From Gemmatimonadota bacterium (GTDB lineage: Bacteria; Gemmatimonadota; Gemmatimonadetes; Gemmatimonadales; GWC2-71-9): 64,000 nucleotides of DNA. This document shows, one piece after another, positions 39,728-51,048 of the stretch; within the stretch, counting starts at the first letter, position 1; every line of letters begins with the position of its first letter. The position numbers and the translations under genes are program-made. The stretch is taken from contig JBDHKN010000037.1 of the NCBI GenBank assembly GCA_039586365.1, positions 10,846-74,845 of the forward strand, written 5' to 3'. The notes beneath the pieces were generated by a model. That model was not told the origin of the DNA and did no database searches. It saw nothing but the letters and a program-made list of their open reading frames with translations.

Positions 39728-40900
39728 CTACGAGCCCTGCGCCTCCGCGAGGAACATCTTTGCGATCGTTTGCAGCTGCATGTTGCTCGTGCCCTCGTAG
39801 ATGGCGCCGATCTTTGCGTCGCGATAGAACTTCTCGACCGGATACTCTTTGGTGAATCCGTAGCCGCCGAACAAGTCGACGCAGAGGCTCGTCACGCGCT
39901 CCGCCATCTGGGCGGTGTAGAGCTTCGCCATGGCAGCTTCAATCACATATGGCTGTTTGGCGTCACGGAGCCGCGCAGCATTGTAGACCAAGAGGCGCCC
40001 AGCTTCGAGCTCCGTGGCGGCCTGCGCGAGCTGGAATTGCACGGCCTGGAAGGCGGCAATGGGCTTCCCAAACTGCTGGCGTTCCTGCACGTACGCACGG
40101 GTAGCATGGAGCGCACCGCGCGCCACGCCGACCATCTGCGCACCAATCCCGATGCGACCCACGTTCAGCGTCTCGATCGCGACCTTGTAGCCTTTGCCGA
40201 CTTCCCCTAGCACGTTTTCGCCGGGCACGTGGCAATTCTCGAGTACCAACTCGGTGGTGCTCGAGGCACGAATCCCCAGCTTGTTCTCCTTCTTGCCGAC
40301 GGTGAACCCCTCGAAGCCGCGCTCGACTACGAATGCAGTGATACCTTTGTGGCCCTTTGATGGATCCACGGTTGCGAAGATGACGAAGATCTCGGCCTCG
40401 CCCCCGTTGGTGACCCAAAGCTTTGGTCCGTTCAGAATCCAATCGTTGCCAGATTGCTCGGCACGACACGTGAGCGCGAATGCGTCGGATCCCGAGCCTG
40501 CCTCGGAAAGAGCGTATGCTCCAACCGCGCCCGCACAAAGCCTCGGCAGGTACTTCTGCTTGAGCTCCTCACATGCCCAATCCAGAAACGGGGTGTTGAC
40601 GAGGGTGTTGTGGACATCGACCAAGACCGACGCGGAAGCGTCGACGGCAGCGAGCTCCTCTACTGCGAGCATCGTCATGAAAGACGTCCCGCCGGCGCCG
40701 CCGTGCTCCACGTCGACGTCGATTCCCAAGAGACCTAACTCAGTGAATTTCGGTATCAGGTCCGGGTCGTATTCGCCCTCCTGTTCCATCTTCTCCACAC
40801 GCGGTCGCACTTCGGTTTCCGCGAAATCCCGCACGACATCCCGGAACATGGTCTCGTCTTCCGTCAGCGCGGTGAGTGGCATAGCTGGCATATCGGTCAT
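39728..40900 (-). CDS. Acyl-CoA dehydrogenase (short/branched-chain type)
   Basis: YALSEAGSGSDAF, KLGIRASST, RQQFG, IYEGTSNMQL. Confidence 0.95.
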   Translation of the reverse strand: MTDMPAMPLTALTEDETMFRDVVRDFAETEVRPRVEKMEQEGEYDPDLIPKFTELGLLGIDVDVEHGGAGGTSFMTMLAVEELAAVDASASVLVDVHNTLVNTPFLDWACEELKQKYLPRLCAGAVGAYALSEAGSGSDAFALTCRAEQSGNDWILNGPKLWVTNGGEAEIFVIFATVDPSKGHKGITAFVVERGFEGFTVGKKENKLGIRASSTTELVLENCHVPGENVLGEVGKGYKVAIETLNVGRIGIGAQMVGVARGALHATRAYVQERQQFGKPIAAFQAVQFQLAQAATELEAGRLLVYNAARLRDAKQPYVIEAAMAKLYTAQMAERVTSLCVDLFGGYGFTKEYPVEKFYRDAKIGAIYEGTSNMQLQTIAKMFLAEAQGS

Positions 40901-41258
40901 CTGATACCCATCCTCTTCAGTTGCAGTGCCTGGTGGCCCCTACGACTAGTCGAACGGCCAGCAGCGGTTTGATCATCAACTGGTCAAATGATACCCAATT
41001 TCCCGCCAGTTGGCGGCCACAGATCTATCGTGAGCATCTCCTGGCTGTATTTCTGCAGCTCAAACTTGAAAAGCCTCCGGCTTGGCCTCAGCAGTTGGTT
41101 CTCCTCGTCGGGGAGGCCAGGGTGTGTCCACCATTCCGACTCGATCCTACGAGTCTGACGGTAGGTCCGATAGATGGCTCTAGGCAATGGGTTGCGGCCG
41201 GAGATGGCTAGGACGGTTCTGAGCGCGGGCCGAGCGGTGTTGCGGTAGGACTACTACA

Positions 41259-41711
41259 CTAGCGGCTGGCTTGCCACGAGCCGCCGAACGCTTTCGTTTG
41301 TCCGGCAATGCTGCGGCTACACGTTGCAGCACCACTCATGCCGTTTGGCGGGCTGCCGGAAATCGTTCCCGAATATTGACAGAATGGTGCGGTGAATGTG
41401 ACCTGATTTCCTTTGATCTCACCACCGGTCATTTGCAGCGAACCGGTATTAAAGACGACTGTCCCATCAAACAACGCGCACGCACCAACCGCTGCTATCA
41501 TGGTGCCCTTGAACTGCGCACCGGTTTGCTCAATCGTGATTGCGCCCGAGCTAATGCAGGACGCGTAGCCCTGCGCGGTGATGCCATCCGAGAATCGCCA
41601 AAGCCCACCAATAGATGGGACAACTGGACCCTCGATATCAGGTCCCGTACTATCACCGCATCCCGCAGCCACGGTGCACGTCAGAGCAATGGTGAGTGCG
41701 GAGCGGCGCAT
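41259..41711 (-). CDS. Hypothetical lipoprotein
   Basis: AAGC lipobox; beta-rich with Cys pairs; GGAAGG RBS. Confidence 0.7.
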   Translation of the reverse strand: MRRSALTIALTCTVAAGCGDSTGPDIEGPVVPSIGGLWRFSDGITAQGYASCISSGAITIEQTGAQFKGTMIAAVGACALFDGTVVFNTGSLQMTGGEIKGNQVTFTAPFCQYSGTISGSPPNGMSGAATCSRSIAGQTKAFGGSWQASR

Positions 41712-42078
41712 GTTCCTTCCTGTCGGTTCCGGTGGACATCTCAGAGGTTCGCAAGGTGTGTGCCGGGATGGGAGGCGGTAGACTATGAGCCGCAACATTG
41801 CTGGTCGGGTTCGTCGGATGCAGGACGATGGAGCGACGCTGGGTAATCGGCTAGGGATCCAGAATGCCGCCTCTGGCGGGTGCCAGATTGGCGCTCAGCA
41901 CACCGTCCGGCATGGAGCCGGGCGGTGTGCACGTTTCTCTGGCGGTCTCAACGTTACGTGGATTCAGGCGTGGCAAGAGACTCGTTACCGATGAGCGCCT
42001 TCCACCCTCCGGAGCTTCATCTGGCACTAGCGAGCGAGAGTGAGTTGTACTCTCCTTCCTCGAGCGAGCTCGTGCTGC

Positions 42079-45000
42079 TCAAGGCTGAATCGTGAGTAGT
42101 CCCCCGAGTTTGTTATCACTCAGCAGACGATTGAAGGTAGACAGGTCGTCGCTCACTAACGTTCTGAACCTACCTTGATAGGTCCGTAGTCTGCCCTTGA
42201 GAAGCTCATGCACTTCGATGGCCTGCGAAGTTGGCGCCCAGTCGGAACCGACGCCACCCCAGGAAGTTTCGACATCCGCGTACAGGAATCCGAAACGCGC
42301 ATATAGCATCGCGGGATTCCTGAACACGTCTTGGCCTCCGCCCGTCAGTCTCATCTGGAATAGGTTCTGCTCGAAGTCGATGAGCGTCGAGTCGAGCGTA
42401 TTTGCCGCTTCGATGATCGGCTGGTACTGCTGCTGTCCCGCGAGACGGTCCTTGAGATCGTAGATCTGCTTCCGGATCCATTCGACCTCGTTGATCATCT
42501 CCACGACCTCGGTCAGGTTGTCCCGTATCTCAAGGGACATGCCTACCTGTCGCCTGATGTCCTGCAACGTGCCCGTGGAGCTGGGGTCCTTTCTCACGAC
42601 GAGCGGCTGAGTGAACTCCTGGCCATCCACTTCCAGCCTAACCGTGTAGGTGCCGGGAGCCGCCAGTGGTCGAATCCCGCTGCCACGAACTCCCCAGGTG
42701 ACGATGGGACGCCATCCTTCATCTCCGAGTTCGACCCAGTCCGCGTGCATTGCCGGAGTGCGGAGCTTCGCCTGCTTGGATACTTGGTGCCTCAGGTCCC
42801 ACCACACCCGATTGATCCCGGCCTGCTTCGTCGCCGTCACTGTGTCCACCACGTCCCCCTGCTCGTCGAGAATGGTGATCTTGACAACGCTGTCGGGCTG
42901 CCCTTTCAGGTAGTAATGGATGGAAGCACCGTAGGGTGGATTATCTCCCTGGGCCGGATCGTCGTGAACCTCCATGGGAGCGGCTTTCCTCAGAAAGCGG
43001 TAGGCCGCACGCGGCGCGAATAGGTGAACGTCGGAATCGACAATCTGCTGGGTGAGTTGCTGTATTGGAGTGATGTCATCCAAGATCCAGAAACCCCGTC
43101 CATACGTTCCCACCACCAGGTCGTTGAAGTGCTCCTGCACGACCAGCCAATGAACCGGTGCGTGAGGGAGATTCGTCTGCAGTGGCTGCCAGTTCTGCCC
43201 GTCATCGAACGAGGCGTAGAGCCCGTTCTCCGTTCCCGCATACAGCAGGCCTTGGCGCGTCGGATCCTCCCGCACGACGTGCACGTAGCTGAACACGCTT
43301 TCGGGAATGCCGTTGGTGATCCGCCGCCAGCTCTCACCGTAGTCGGTGGTCTTGTAGATGAACGGTTGGCGGTTGTTGACCTGATGCAGATCCACAGTGA
43401 TGTAGGCACCGCCCTCAGCGTAGCGGGAAGGTTCGATATTGCTCACGGTGCCGAGTGGCGGCAGGTCCGGAATGTTCTGGGTCACGTTGGTCCAATTGGT
43501 ACCGCCGTCTCTCGTAAGCTGTACTTGTCCATCGTTTGTGCCAGCCCAGATTACACCCTCTTCGAGCGGCGACTCGGCAATCGCAAAGACGAGGGCCGCG
43601 TATTCAACGCCTAGATTGTCTCGCACCAGTCCTCCAGAGTTGCCAAGCAGTTCCGGATTGCCGGTGGAAAGGTCGGGGGAGATGACCTGCCAACTGGCTC
43701 CCCCATCGGTTGTCTGGTGAACGTATTGGCTTCCTGTGTAAACCTTGTTGTGGTCGTGCGGTGAGATGGCGATGGGGAAGGTCCATTGAATCCGGTACTT
43801 CACCTCTCCCGCGGGCCAGCCCATGTAACTCTCCGGCCACACGTCCACGGAACGCGCGTGCCCCGTGTTCCGTTCGAACCGGGTGAACCCGGCGGCGAAG
43901 CAGCCCGACCAGACGATGTTGTTGTCGACAGGATCGGGAATGGCAAAGCCACACTCACAGGCTCCCACGTGGCGCCACTCGCTACTGCCTATTCCTCCAG
44001 CTTCGAAGGAAGCGTACAGGCTGTTGCTGGGGCCGTGGGTCGAGGGACCGTCCTGACGATTGCCGTAGACGTTGTAGGGGATCTCATTGTCGACCGCCAC
44101 GTGATACATCTGCGCGATTGGTAGGCGGATGCCACGCCAGGTCTTGCCGCGGTTCACGGAGATGGCCACATACTGATCGTTGCCCACCACCATTCGGTTC
44201 GCGTCGGTGGGATCAATCCACATATCGTGGTGGTCTCCGCCGGCGATGCCGAAGCGTTCTACGGTTTCTCCTCCGTCCAACGTGATCGACGCGCTCGGGG
44301 CGAGGAAGTAAACCTCGTTGTGGTTGTCAGGTGCCACCGCGCACCGGGTGTAGTAGTGCGGACGCTGCGTCAGCTCGTGATTGTGGCTTGCGAGCTTCCA
44401 GTGATCGCCACCGTCGTCCGAACTCCACAACACGCCGCTCTCCGTCTCCCTACCTTCACGCGGCTCTCCATCCGACGTCTCGATTAGTGCGTAGACGCGA
44501 TTCGAGTTGCTGGGTGCGATTGCGAGGCCGACCTTGCCCGTGGTGGTAGTAGGTAGGCCGTTACCTTCGAGCCGCGTCCACGTGGTACCGCCATCGGTGG
44601 AACGGAATATCCCGCCGTTGGTGCTACCGCTTTTGCGGCCCCAGGTCCTGATCTCCAGCCGCCACATCCCTGCAAACAGGATACGCGGGTTGTTCGGGTC
44701 CATCGCGATATCCGATGCCCCCGTTTCCTCATCCACGAAGAGGACCCTCTCCCACGTCTCGCCCCCGTCGGTTGTGCGGAAGACGCCTCGCTCCGCCTGC
44801 GGCCCGTAGGAATGCCCCATCGCCGCGGCGAAGACCACGTCGGGATTCCGGGGATCGATCAGGACGCGGCCAATACGCCCCGTCTGGTCGAGTCCCATAT
44901 GTTCCCAGGTCTTACCCGCATCGGTCGATTTGTAGATCCCGTTGCCGATGGAGATGTTGCTCCGAATGAACGTCTCACCGGTTCCCGCCCAGACGACATT

Positions 45001-45318
45001 GGGATCCGCGGCGGCTACGGCCAACGCGCTGACCGAGGACACCTCCTGGTCATCGAAGATGGGTTCCCAGTGCGTGCCGCCGTCGCTGGTCTTCCATATC
45101 CCTCCGGAAGCCGCGCCAGCGTAAATGATGTTTGGGTCACCAGGTACTCCCACGACTGCGGCCAACCGATTGCCGGGAGGGCCGATGTGGCGGTACTTGA
45201 GCGGCGCGTAGAGCTCCGGCTCAATGCTCTGAGCAACGGCTCCGGCGGAGCAACCGATGAGAAGAATCGTCGGGACAAACAGTCTGGGACATATCGGACC
45301 CAGTCGAACTCTTGGCAT
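42079..45318 (-). CDS. VPS10/sortilin-like BNR-repeat glycosyl hydrolase (secreted)
   Basis: Many Asp-box repeats (S/T.DGG.TW); signal peptide; AAGGAGG RBS. Confidence 0.9.
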   Translation of the reverse strand: MPRVRLGPICPRLFVPTILLIGCSAGAVAQSIEPELYAPLKYRHIGPPGNRLAAVVGVPGDPNIIYAGAASGGIWKTSDGGTHWEPIFDDQEVSSVSALAVAAADPNVVWAGTGETFIRSNISIGNGIYKSTDAGKTWEHMGLDQTGRIGRVLIDPRNPDVVFAAAMGHSYGPQAERGVFRTTDGGETWERVLFVDEETGASDIAMDPNNPRILFAGMWRLEIRTWGRKSGSTNGGIFRSTDGGTTWTRLEGNGLPTTTTGKVGLAIAPSNSNRVYALIETSDGEPREGRETESGVLWSSDDGGDHWKLASHNHELTQRPHYYTRCAVAPDNHNEVYFLAPSASITLDGGETVERFGIAGGDHHDMWIDPTDANRMVVGNDQYVAISVNRGKTWRGIRLPIAQMYHVAVDNEIPYNVYGNRQDGPSTHGPSNSLYASFEAGGIGSSEWRHVGACECGFAIPDPVDNNIVWSGCFAAGFTRFERNTGHARSVDVWPESYMGWPAGEVKYRIQWTFPIAISPHDHNKVYTGSQYVHQTTDGGASWQVISPDLSTGNPELLGNSGGLVRDNLGVEYAALVFAIAESPLEEGVIWAGTNDGQVQLTRDGGTNWTNVTQNIPDLPPLGTVSNIEPSRYAEGGAYITVDLHQVNNRQPFIYKTTDYGESWRRITNGIPESVFSYVHVVREDPTRQGLLYAGTENGLYASFDDGQNWQPLQTNLPHAPVHWLVVQEHFNDLVVGTYGRGFWILDDITPIQQLTQQIVDSDVHLFAPRAAYRFLRKAAPMEVHDDPAQGDNPPYGASIHYYLKGQPDSVVKITILDEQGDVVDTVTATKQAGINRVWWDLRHQVSKQAKLRTPAMHADWVELGDEGWRPIVTWGVRGSGIRPLAAPGTYTVRLEVDGQEFTQPLVVRKDPSSTGTLQDIRRQVGMSLEIRDNLTEVVEMINEVEWIRKQIYDLKDRLAGQQQYQPIIEAANTLDSTLIDFEQNLFQMRLTGGGQDVFRNPAMLYARFGFLYADVETSWGGVGSDWAPTSQAIEVHELLKGRLRTYQGRFRTLVSDDLSTFNRLLSDNKLGGLLTIQP

Positions 45319-45343
45319 CTAGGACCTCCTTGTAGCCTTCGTG

Positions 45344-45412
45344 AATCCGGTGCAATGGCATACCAGATATTCCCGGCACTCTGCGGGAAAGCACAGCGTG
45401 CGGCGCGGGGCC
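45344..45412. repeat. 69-bp upstream element, copy 1 (copy 2 at 56067-56135)
   Basis: 52/69 ungapped identity by manual alignment. Confidence 0.75.
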
Positions 45413-45653
45413 TGGGGATGGGGATGGGGTGAAACTACGGTCGGGGGCAGGGCATGGTAAGACGGAGGTAGAGCCCAAGCGCGGCCCGGCCTAGACAAGA
45501 CACAATCAGTGCAAGGAATCAACGGGCCGCGTGCGACGGCCCGTTGCCCGCCCCGAACGCCAGCAGACCTTGATCGAGCTAAAGGACTGGCGAGCGTCGG
45601 CTGGTACTGGTTAATGTTGACCCACACAACGGCATCTTTCTCTAGGGAGGCAC

Positions 45654-46295
45654 ATGCTGGACAGAAGGCGTTTCAGCGTTCTGGCGATGGTACTCGCCGT
45701 CGGACTCGTTCTGTTCGTGGCAGGTTGTGGGAACAGCGACAGCGTGCTCGGCATCGACGGAGGCCGGGTACGATTCGTCCTCTCATCGGACGCCGGGGCT
45801 GTGGTGGCAAACGGGTCGGCTCAGCTCGGGCAGGCGCCCGGCGCGCTACAGGACGGTTCCGTCGCGACCGACGGGGACCACGGCGATGGTCATCGCCGAC
45901 TGTTCCAGTCCGCCAACGTGACGTTCTCGAGCATCCTGGCACGCAATCTGGACGGTGTGCTGGTCAACGTCGCGATGGACCTGCCGGCCACGGTGGACGT
46001 TCTTTCGTTGGACGGTGGTAAGGAGGTCACGTTGCCGGTGGGAGAACTGCCGGCTGCGACCTACGACCAGGTAGTCGTCGTCATGACAGAGGTCGAGGGG
46101 GTGACCCTCGACGGCACCACCATCACCATTACCCCTCCGGGCGGCGGTTGGACGGCCATGGTCCCCGTTTGCCCGTTCCTCGTGCACGAGGGCGGGACGA
46201 CCACAGTCCCCATCAAGTTCATGCTCGATCAGGCGTTTTCGTGGCGCGACAACCGCCACCACTTCCACCCGCGCTTCGTCTGCGAGGAGAGCTGA
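45654..46295 (+). CDS. DUF4382-like lipoprotein
   Basis: VAGC lipobox; VDVLSL...LPAATYDQV. Confidence 0.7.
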   Translation: MLDRRRFSVLAMVLAVGLVLFVAGCGNSDSVLGIDGGRVRFVLSSDAGAVVANGSAQLGQAPGALQDGSVATDGDHGDGHRRLFQSANVTFSSILARNLDGVLVNVAMDLPATVDVLSLDGGKEVTLPVGELPAATYDQVVVVMTEVEGVTLDGTTITITPPGGGWTAMVPVCPFLVHEGGTTTVPIKFMLDQAFSWRDNRHHFHPRFVCEES

Positions 46296-46573
46296 CGCTC
46301 GGAGCATCCGGGGGTGCGCTCGACACGCAGCGTCGGATGAGTCGCTACGGAAACGTGAAGGTCGTGATCTCCGTGACGCATCGGCGAGTGGCCGTACAGC
46401 GATTACGCATGGGAGTCCTGGGGGGTCGGCTGGGCCTGCTTGCACAGCAGGTCCCGTCCTACCTCCCTGTCCCTTAGGTACCCTGGCGTATCCCCTCATT
46501 GACAATCCGGCTCAAACTAGGAGCAGTGTATGGGATAGCCGGGAGGCTACTGCCTGGGCGGTAGGCGGTACAC

Positions 46574-46975
46574 GTGACTGACACCTTCGCAAGTCTCGTG
46601 CATGCTTTGGCGGATCGCTACTCCGACGAGCGCGAACTCGGCGCCGGTGGCAGGGCAACTGTCTATCTCGCCGAGGACCTGAGACACCATCGCAAGGTGG
46701 CCGTCAAGGTGCTGCGCCCCGAACTCGCAGCGGCCATCGGCGCAGAACAATTTCTGCGTGAAATCGGGGTCACCGCCGGACTGACACATCCGCACATCCA
46801 AACGCTTCACGACTCCGGCTCTAGCGCCGGTCCGCCGGTCCGCCGAGTTTCTGTACTACGTCATGCCGTTCGTAGAGGGAGAATCGCTAGGGGACCGACT
46901 GAATCGCGATACACAGCTCCCCATCGACGACGCGCTACGCATCACAGAACAGGTTGCGTCCGCACTCGACAGGCT
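46574..46975 (+). pseudogene. Ser/Thr kinase N-terminal remnant, frameshifted and truncated
   Basis: ELGAGGRATVYLAED..VAVKVLRPE; CGCCGGTC tandem repeat at 46825-46845; FLYYVMPFVEGESL continues in another frame; ends before HRD. Confidence 0.85.
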
Positions 46976-47028
46976 ATCCTTTGATCTGCAGGTTTGACCA
47001 CAACGACTGAAAAAGGCAAAACGGACTG

Positions 47029-49053
47029 TTGATTTTCTCTACGTTAGGAACTCTAACGCTCGTCTCCATCGCGGGCTTCCCCGCACCACAAGTACAAGAT
47101 TCAGTTTTCCAACTCCGCGGAGTGATAGCTCCCGCACCCCCCACCATTGATGGACTCGTCGATGAGAGTGAGTGGGCTGGGGCCGCGGTTGCGAGCAACT
47201 TCATGCAGTTCGAGCCGCGTCGAGGGGAGCCATCGGAACTCAGGACCGAGGTCTTGGTGATGTACGATTCCGCTCACCTGTATGTTGCCTATCGCTTGTG
47301 GGACTCTGAGCCGCCGGCGGCACAGCTCACGCGGCGGGATGCAGATATGCTGAACGACGACGTGGTGGCGTTGTTCATCGATAGTCACCACGACAGACAG
47401 TCAGCGTACTACTTTGTAACGAACGCGCTCGGCACCCAAGCTGACGGACGCATCGCCAATGACGGGAGAACGGAGGACGGTACGTGGGATGCACCGTGGG
47501 TGTCGGGGGCGTCACGTACAGACTTCGGGTGGTCTGCGGAGATGTCGATTCCATTCACGTCGATTCAGTACGCCGCTGGTGACAACCGAACGTGGGGTAT
47601 CAATTTCCTTCGTACACGCAGGCGAACGCTGGAAGTGAGCAACTGGGCAGGGCCACTCGACAACATCTCCCGTGTTTCTCAGGGCGGCGTACTCGTTGGA
47701 CTCGATGTGCCTCCACCGGCGCGAAGGCACCAGATTATCACTTACGGGTTGACCCGCATTCAGGAAGACACGTCCGATACTTGGGATGCCGGACTGGATG
47801 CTCGGTATGCCATCACGCCTGAGGTGTCGGCGTTTGCGACGGTGAACCCCGATTTCGCCACCATCGAAGCCGATCAGGAGCAGATCAACCTGACAAGGTT
47901 CGAGCTGAGCCTGCCTGAGAAGAGGCCGTTCTTTCTCGAGGGTGCTGAGTTGTACCGGCAACGCATCCGTACTTTCTATTCCCGCCGCATTCCCGATATC
48001 AAGGGTGGCGCTCAGGTGCTTGGAACGCGGGGTCCATGGACGTTTTCCGGGCTGGGTGCTATCTCAGAACCGGCGGGTGATACCGAAACCGCGGCCTACA
48101 GTGTTGGGCGAGTCCAGAGAGCCCTGGGTTCATCCAACGTTGCCCTAATGGTTGCGAATAGAACGCTCGGTGGAGAGAACCGCGGTTCCCTTGGCATGGA
48201 TGCCACCCTCTTCTTTACCAGCACATTCGGCATGACCGCGCAATTGGCACAGAGTTGGGGGCCGGAAAGCGCGGGAACATGGGCCTATTTCATTCGCCCG
48301 TCATTCGACTCTCCGACCAGCCACTTCCATGTGCGCTATACGTACCTGGGCGATCGCTTTGCGGACAATGCGAACGCGATGGGTTTTATCCGCGATGACG
48401 ACAGGCGGGAGTTGGATGCAGCCCTGAGTCACACGTTCTGGATCCGCCGAGGTTTGTTTGAACAGCTTAGGTACAGTTCCAACTACAACATCTACTGGAG
48501 CCAGGCCGGAGTGCGTCGCAGCTGGCAGATCGACGAATCCGTCGACTTCGAGTTGCGGAATCGTGTGAGTTTCCGAACAGCTCACACCGAGGAATTCAAA
48601 CGCTTCGAGGACGATTTCCGGAATAGAAAGACCCAGTTCCGCCTCGGTTACAACACCAGGGAGTTCCAGTCCGCAGTAGTGGGTTTCCAGTTTGGCAGGA
48701 ACTTCGATGCGGATTTTCAGCTCTGGACGGCTGCAGGAGGCTACAAGATGACGGACGAGCTTTCAGTTGAGTACGAACTGCAGCGCCTCACGCTCGATCC
48801 CGATCCTGATTTGGAGAGCACCTGGATTCACGTGGTTCGGGTAAACCACTTCTTCACCAAGGACCTGTTTCTACGCGCTTTCTTCCAGACCAACTCGGCC
48901 ATCGACCGCCGGAATATCCAGGCTGTCTTCGTGTACCGGTACAAGCCGCCCTTCGGCACAATCCAGCTTGCCTACCAGCGCGGAACCGCCGAGTTCGGGC
49001 AGGAGTCGGGACAGGGGAACACATTATTCTTGAAGGTGACTTGGGTCTTCTAG
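47029..49053 (+). CDS. CBM9-like plus DUF5916 outer-membrane protein
   Basis: PTIDG..DE.EW, GWSAEMSIPF, NPDFATIEAD, EKRPFFLEG, FYSRRI, C-terminal KVTWVF. Confidence 0.88.
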   Translation: MIFSTLGTLTLVSIAGFPAPQVQDSVFQLRGVIAPAPPTIDGLVDESEWAGAAVASNFMQFEPRRGEPSELRTEVLVMYDSAHLYVAYRLWDSEPPAAQLTRRDADMLNDDVVALFIDSHHDRQSAYYFVTNALGTQADGRIANDGRTEDGTWDAPWVSGASRTDFGWSAEMSIPFTSIQYAAGDNRTWGINFLRTRRRTLEVSNWAGPLDNISRVSQGGVLVGLDVPPPARRHQIITYGLTRIQEDTSDTWDAGLDARYAITPEVSAFATVNPDFATIEADQEQINLTRFELSLPEKRPFFLEGAELYRQRIRTFYSRRIPDIKGGAQVLGTRGPWTFSGLGAISEPAGDTETAAYSVGRVQRALGSSNVALMVANRTLGGENRGSLGMDATLFFTSTFGMTAQLAQSWGPESAGTWAYFIRPSFDSPTSHFHVRYTYLGDRFADNANAMGFIRDDDRRELDAALSHTFWIRRGLFEQLRYSSNYNIYWSQAGVRRSWQIDESVDFELRNRVSFRTAHTEEFKRFEDDFRNRKTQFRLGYNTREFQSAVVGFQFGRNFDADFQLWTAAGGYKMTDELSVEYELQRLTLDPDPDLESTWIHVVRVNHFFTKDLFLRAFFQTNSAIDRRNIQAVFVYRYKPPFGTIQLAYQRGTAEFGQESGQGNTLFLKVTWVF

Positions 49054-49399
49054 TCACCTTCAGAGGAACGCTGACAGGTGCGGACGACTGTGCGGCTTGG
49101 TCTGGGTAGCGAGTTTCAATCTCCTGTTCCCGCTGACCACCACGCAACATAAGTACATCGCAGCGTCTGTGCGTCACGCACGTTTCAGGTGCTGAGCTTA
49201 CGTTGGTGGTGTGCCGGTGGCACGCTGCACTGTGTCCCGGACCATCCCAGCCGTGGCTATCCTGGCATGGCTCTCAGAGGATTTGGATTCACACATAATG
49301 CCTTACCTTTGATAGCGCGGAGGACCAGACGAGTTCTTGGCGGAGCACGGGGGTACCAGGAGAGCTCGCCCTCGTCCTCGCGGCAGGGCGGGACTTCCT

Positions 49400-50854
49400 T
49401 CAGCGCTCCGGACGTCCCTGTTGTCCGACCCGCAGCAAGTGTTCGACGGCACGCTCGAGCGGCAGGTCACGCCCGTCGGCAATCGACCCCGGACTGTCGA
49501 GGACCTCCACATCAGGGGCCAGCCCGACGCCAACGATATCTTCTCCCTCCGGGGTCATGTCACGCTTGGTAGTGATGCCGGCGTAGATGCCGTGCGGGAG
49601 CCGTAAGATCAGCGGCTGGCCCGTGCTGCCGGCGGTCGTGGTCCCCATGGTGGTGACCTGGGGCATCTGCTGCATGACCAAGACGAAGTTCTCCGCCGCT
49701 GAATACGTATAGGCGCTCTGGAGCAATACGGTTGGAACGCTTAGCGCCGGTCCCGGCGCCGGATCCACCATTATCACCTGTGGTTCGATGGTGGCCCTTC
49801 CAACTCCGTAAGCTCGATACTCGCCGGATTCGTCCTGCCTGGACCCCCAGGCCTTGTATGCGGCGACGTGTTTTGGCGACGTCCATGTCATCACCGGCAC
49901 GCGGCGCTCTGTGAAGTAGCTTCCGATCCGGTCTCCATAAGCCGAGTTGCCGCCCCCGTTGAGGCGCACGTCAACGATGATGCCCCGGGCTCGAGCACGC
50001 AGTTGGGGCACGATCTCCTCGAACTGCTCGACTACGGCTTCGTCCCAGAAGACGTGGATACCCACGTAGGCGATATCGTTGTCCAACCAACGCCATTCGA
50101 AGTGGGGTTTGTTGACTCGGCCCTGTCGGAGCCAGTCGGCGCCAACGAATTCCGCTAGCGGTTGGCGAACGAATGCTTCGGTGTGGCCGGAGCCGTCGGG
50201 AGCGACGAAGCTGAGTGTCACCTCCGTTCCAGGTCGGCCCATGAGGGCACCGGCGATCTGCTCGTCCTCACCCATCAAGGACATGGCGAACTGGTACTGC
50301 GGGGTCGACGCCCCGACCCAGGGATCGACCTCCTCTGCGAGATACTGCCGCAACGGCTTTCCTTCGATCTCGTTCACCACCGATCCGATGGGAATTCGGT
50401 CGGCGAGACCCGAGGCGACATTGGTCACCACCGCCTCGTTTCCTACCGGCGACAACTCGATGAACGGCTGCGCGCCGTACGCTGGCCATAGACGGCTGGG
50501 CAACGTCAGGTTGGCGTGCCCTTCGCCGAGCAGGTCGCCGAACTCAATGGCCAAACGGAAGAACTGAATGTCGGATTCGACATCCAGGGCCCGCTCGGCG
50601 TACTGGGCGAAGGCGGCGTCCCAATCGAGCTCAGGAACACGATCCCAGAACGCGAAGTTGTACTTCGCTTCGCTCCAGAAGGTCGCTAGCGTCAGGATCC
50701 GATCGGCTGGAGGGATGGTCAGCTCGGTCCCGTCGGGAATGCCGTCCTGTCCCAGGAGGGTGGCGGGCAAAAAGGCGAAACCGAACAGCACTGCCAGCAC
50801 AGGCCATCGGGGTGAAACTCGGATGAGCATCGGATCCTCCGGTTCGTAGTACAT
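49400..50854 (-). CDS. S41 family peptidase
   Basis: FWSEAKYNF, IVDVRLNGGGNS, TYSAAENF, TAGSTG, GVGLAPDV. Confidence 0.9.
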   Translation of the reverse strand: MYYEPEDPMLIRVSPRWPVLAVLFGFAFLPATLLGQDGIPDGTELTIPPADRILTLATFWSEAKYNFAFWDRVPELDWDAAFAQYAERALDVESDIQFFRLAIEFGDLLGEGHANLTLPSRLWPAYGAQPFIELSPVGNEAVVTNVASGLADRIPIGSVVNEIEGKPLRQYLAEEVDPWVGASTPQYQFAMSLMGEDEQIAGALMGRPGTEVTLSFVAPDGSGHTEAFVRQPLAEFVGADWLRQGRVNKPHFEWRWLDNDIAYVGIHVFWDEAVVEQFEEIVPQLRARARGIIVDVRLNGGGNSAYGDRIGSYFTERRVPVMTWTSPKHVAAYKAWGSRQDESGEYRAYGVGRATIEPQVIMVDPAPGPALSVPTVLLQSAYTYSAAENFVLVMQQMPQVTTMGTTTAGSTGQPLILRLPHGIYAGITTKRDMTPEGEDIVGVGLAPDVEVLDSPGSIADGRDLPLERAVEHLLRVGQQGRPER

Positions 50855-50907
50855 TCGGGCGGCGATGGACGTCGACGCCTGTCACGAAAAGGGTGACTGA
50901 CCCTGTG

Positions 50908-51048
50908 GGTATTGTCAACGTAATGCGGCGCGACGTGAATTAAGGTAGTCGGCCGTGGCTGATGCGCGGCGGTCGGAGCCTGGGGCGAGATTTTACGGCT
51001 CCATGGATCGCCCTTTTAGCACGAGATTTCACTTAAGTTGACAATGCC
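50908..51048. mobile_element. MITE copy 1 with IS6-like terminal inverted repeats
   Basis: Ends GGTATTGTCAACGTAA / TTAAGTTGACAATGCC (14/16 inverted match); homologous to 53203-53338. Confidence 0.7.
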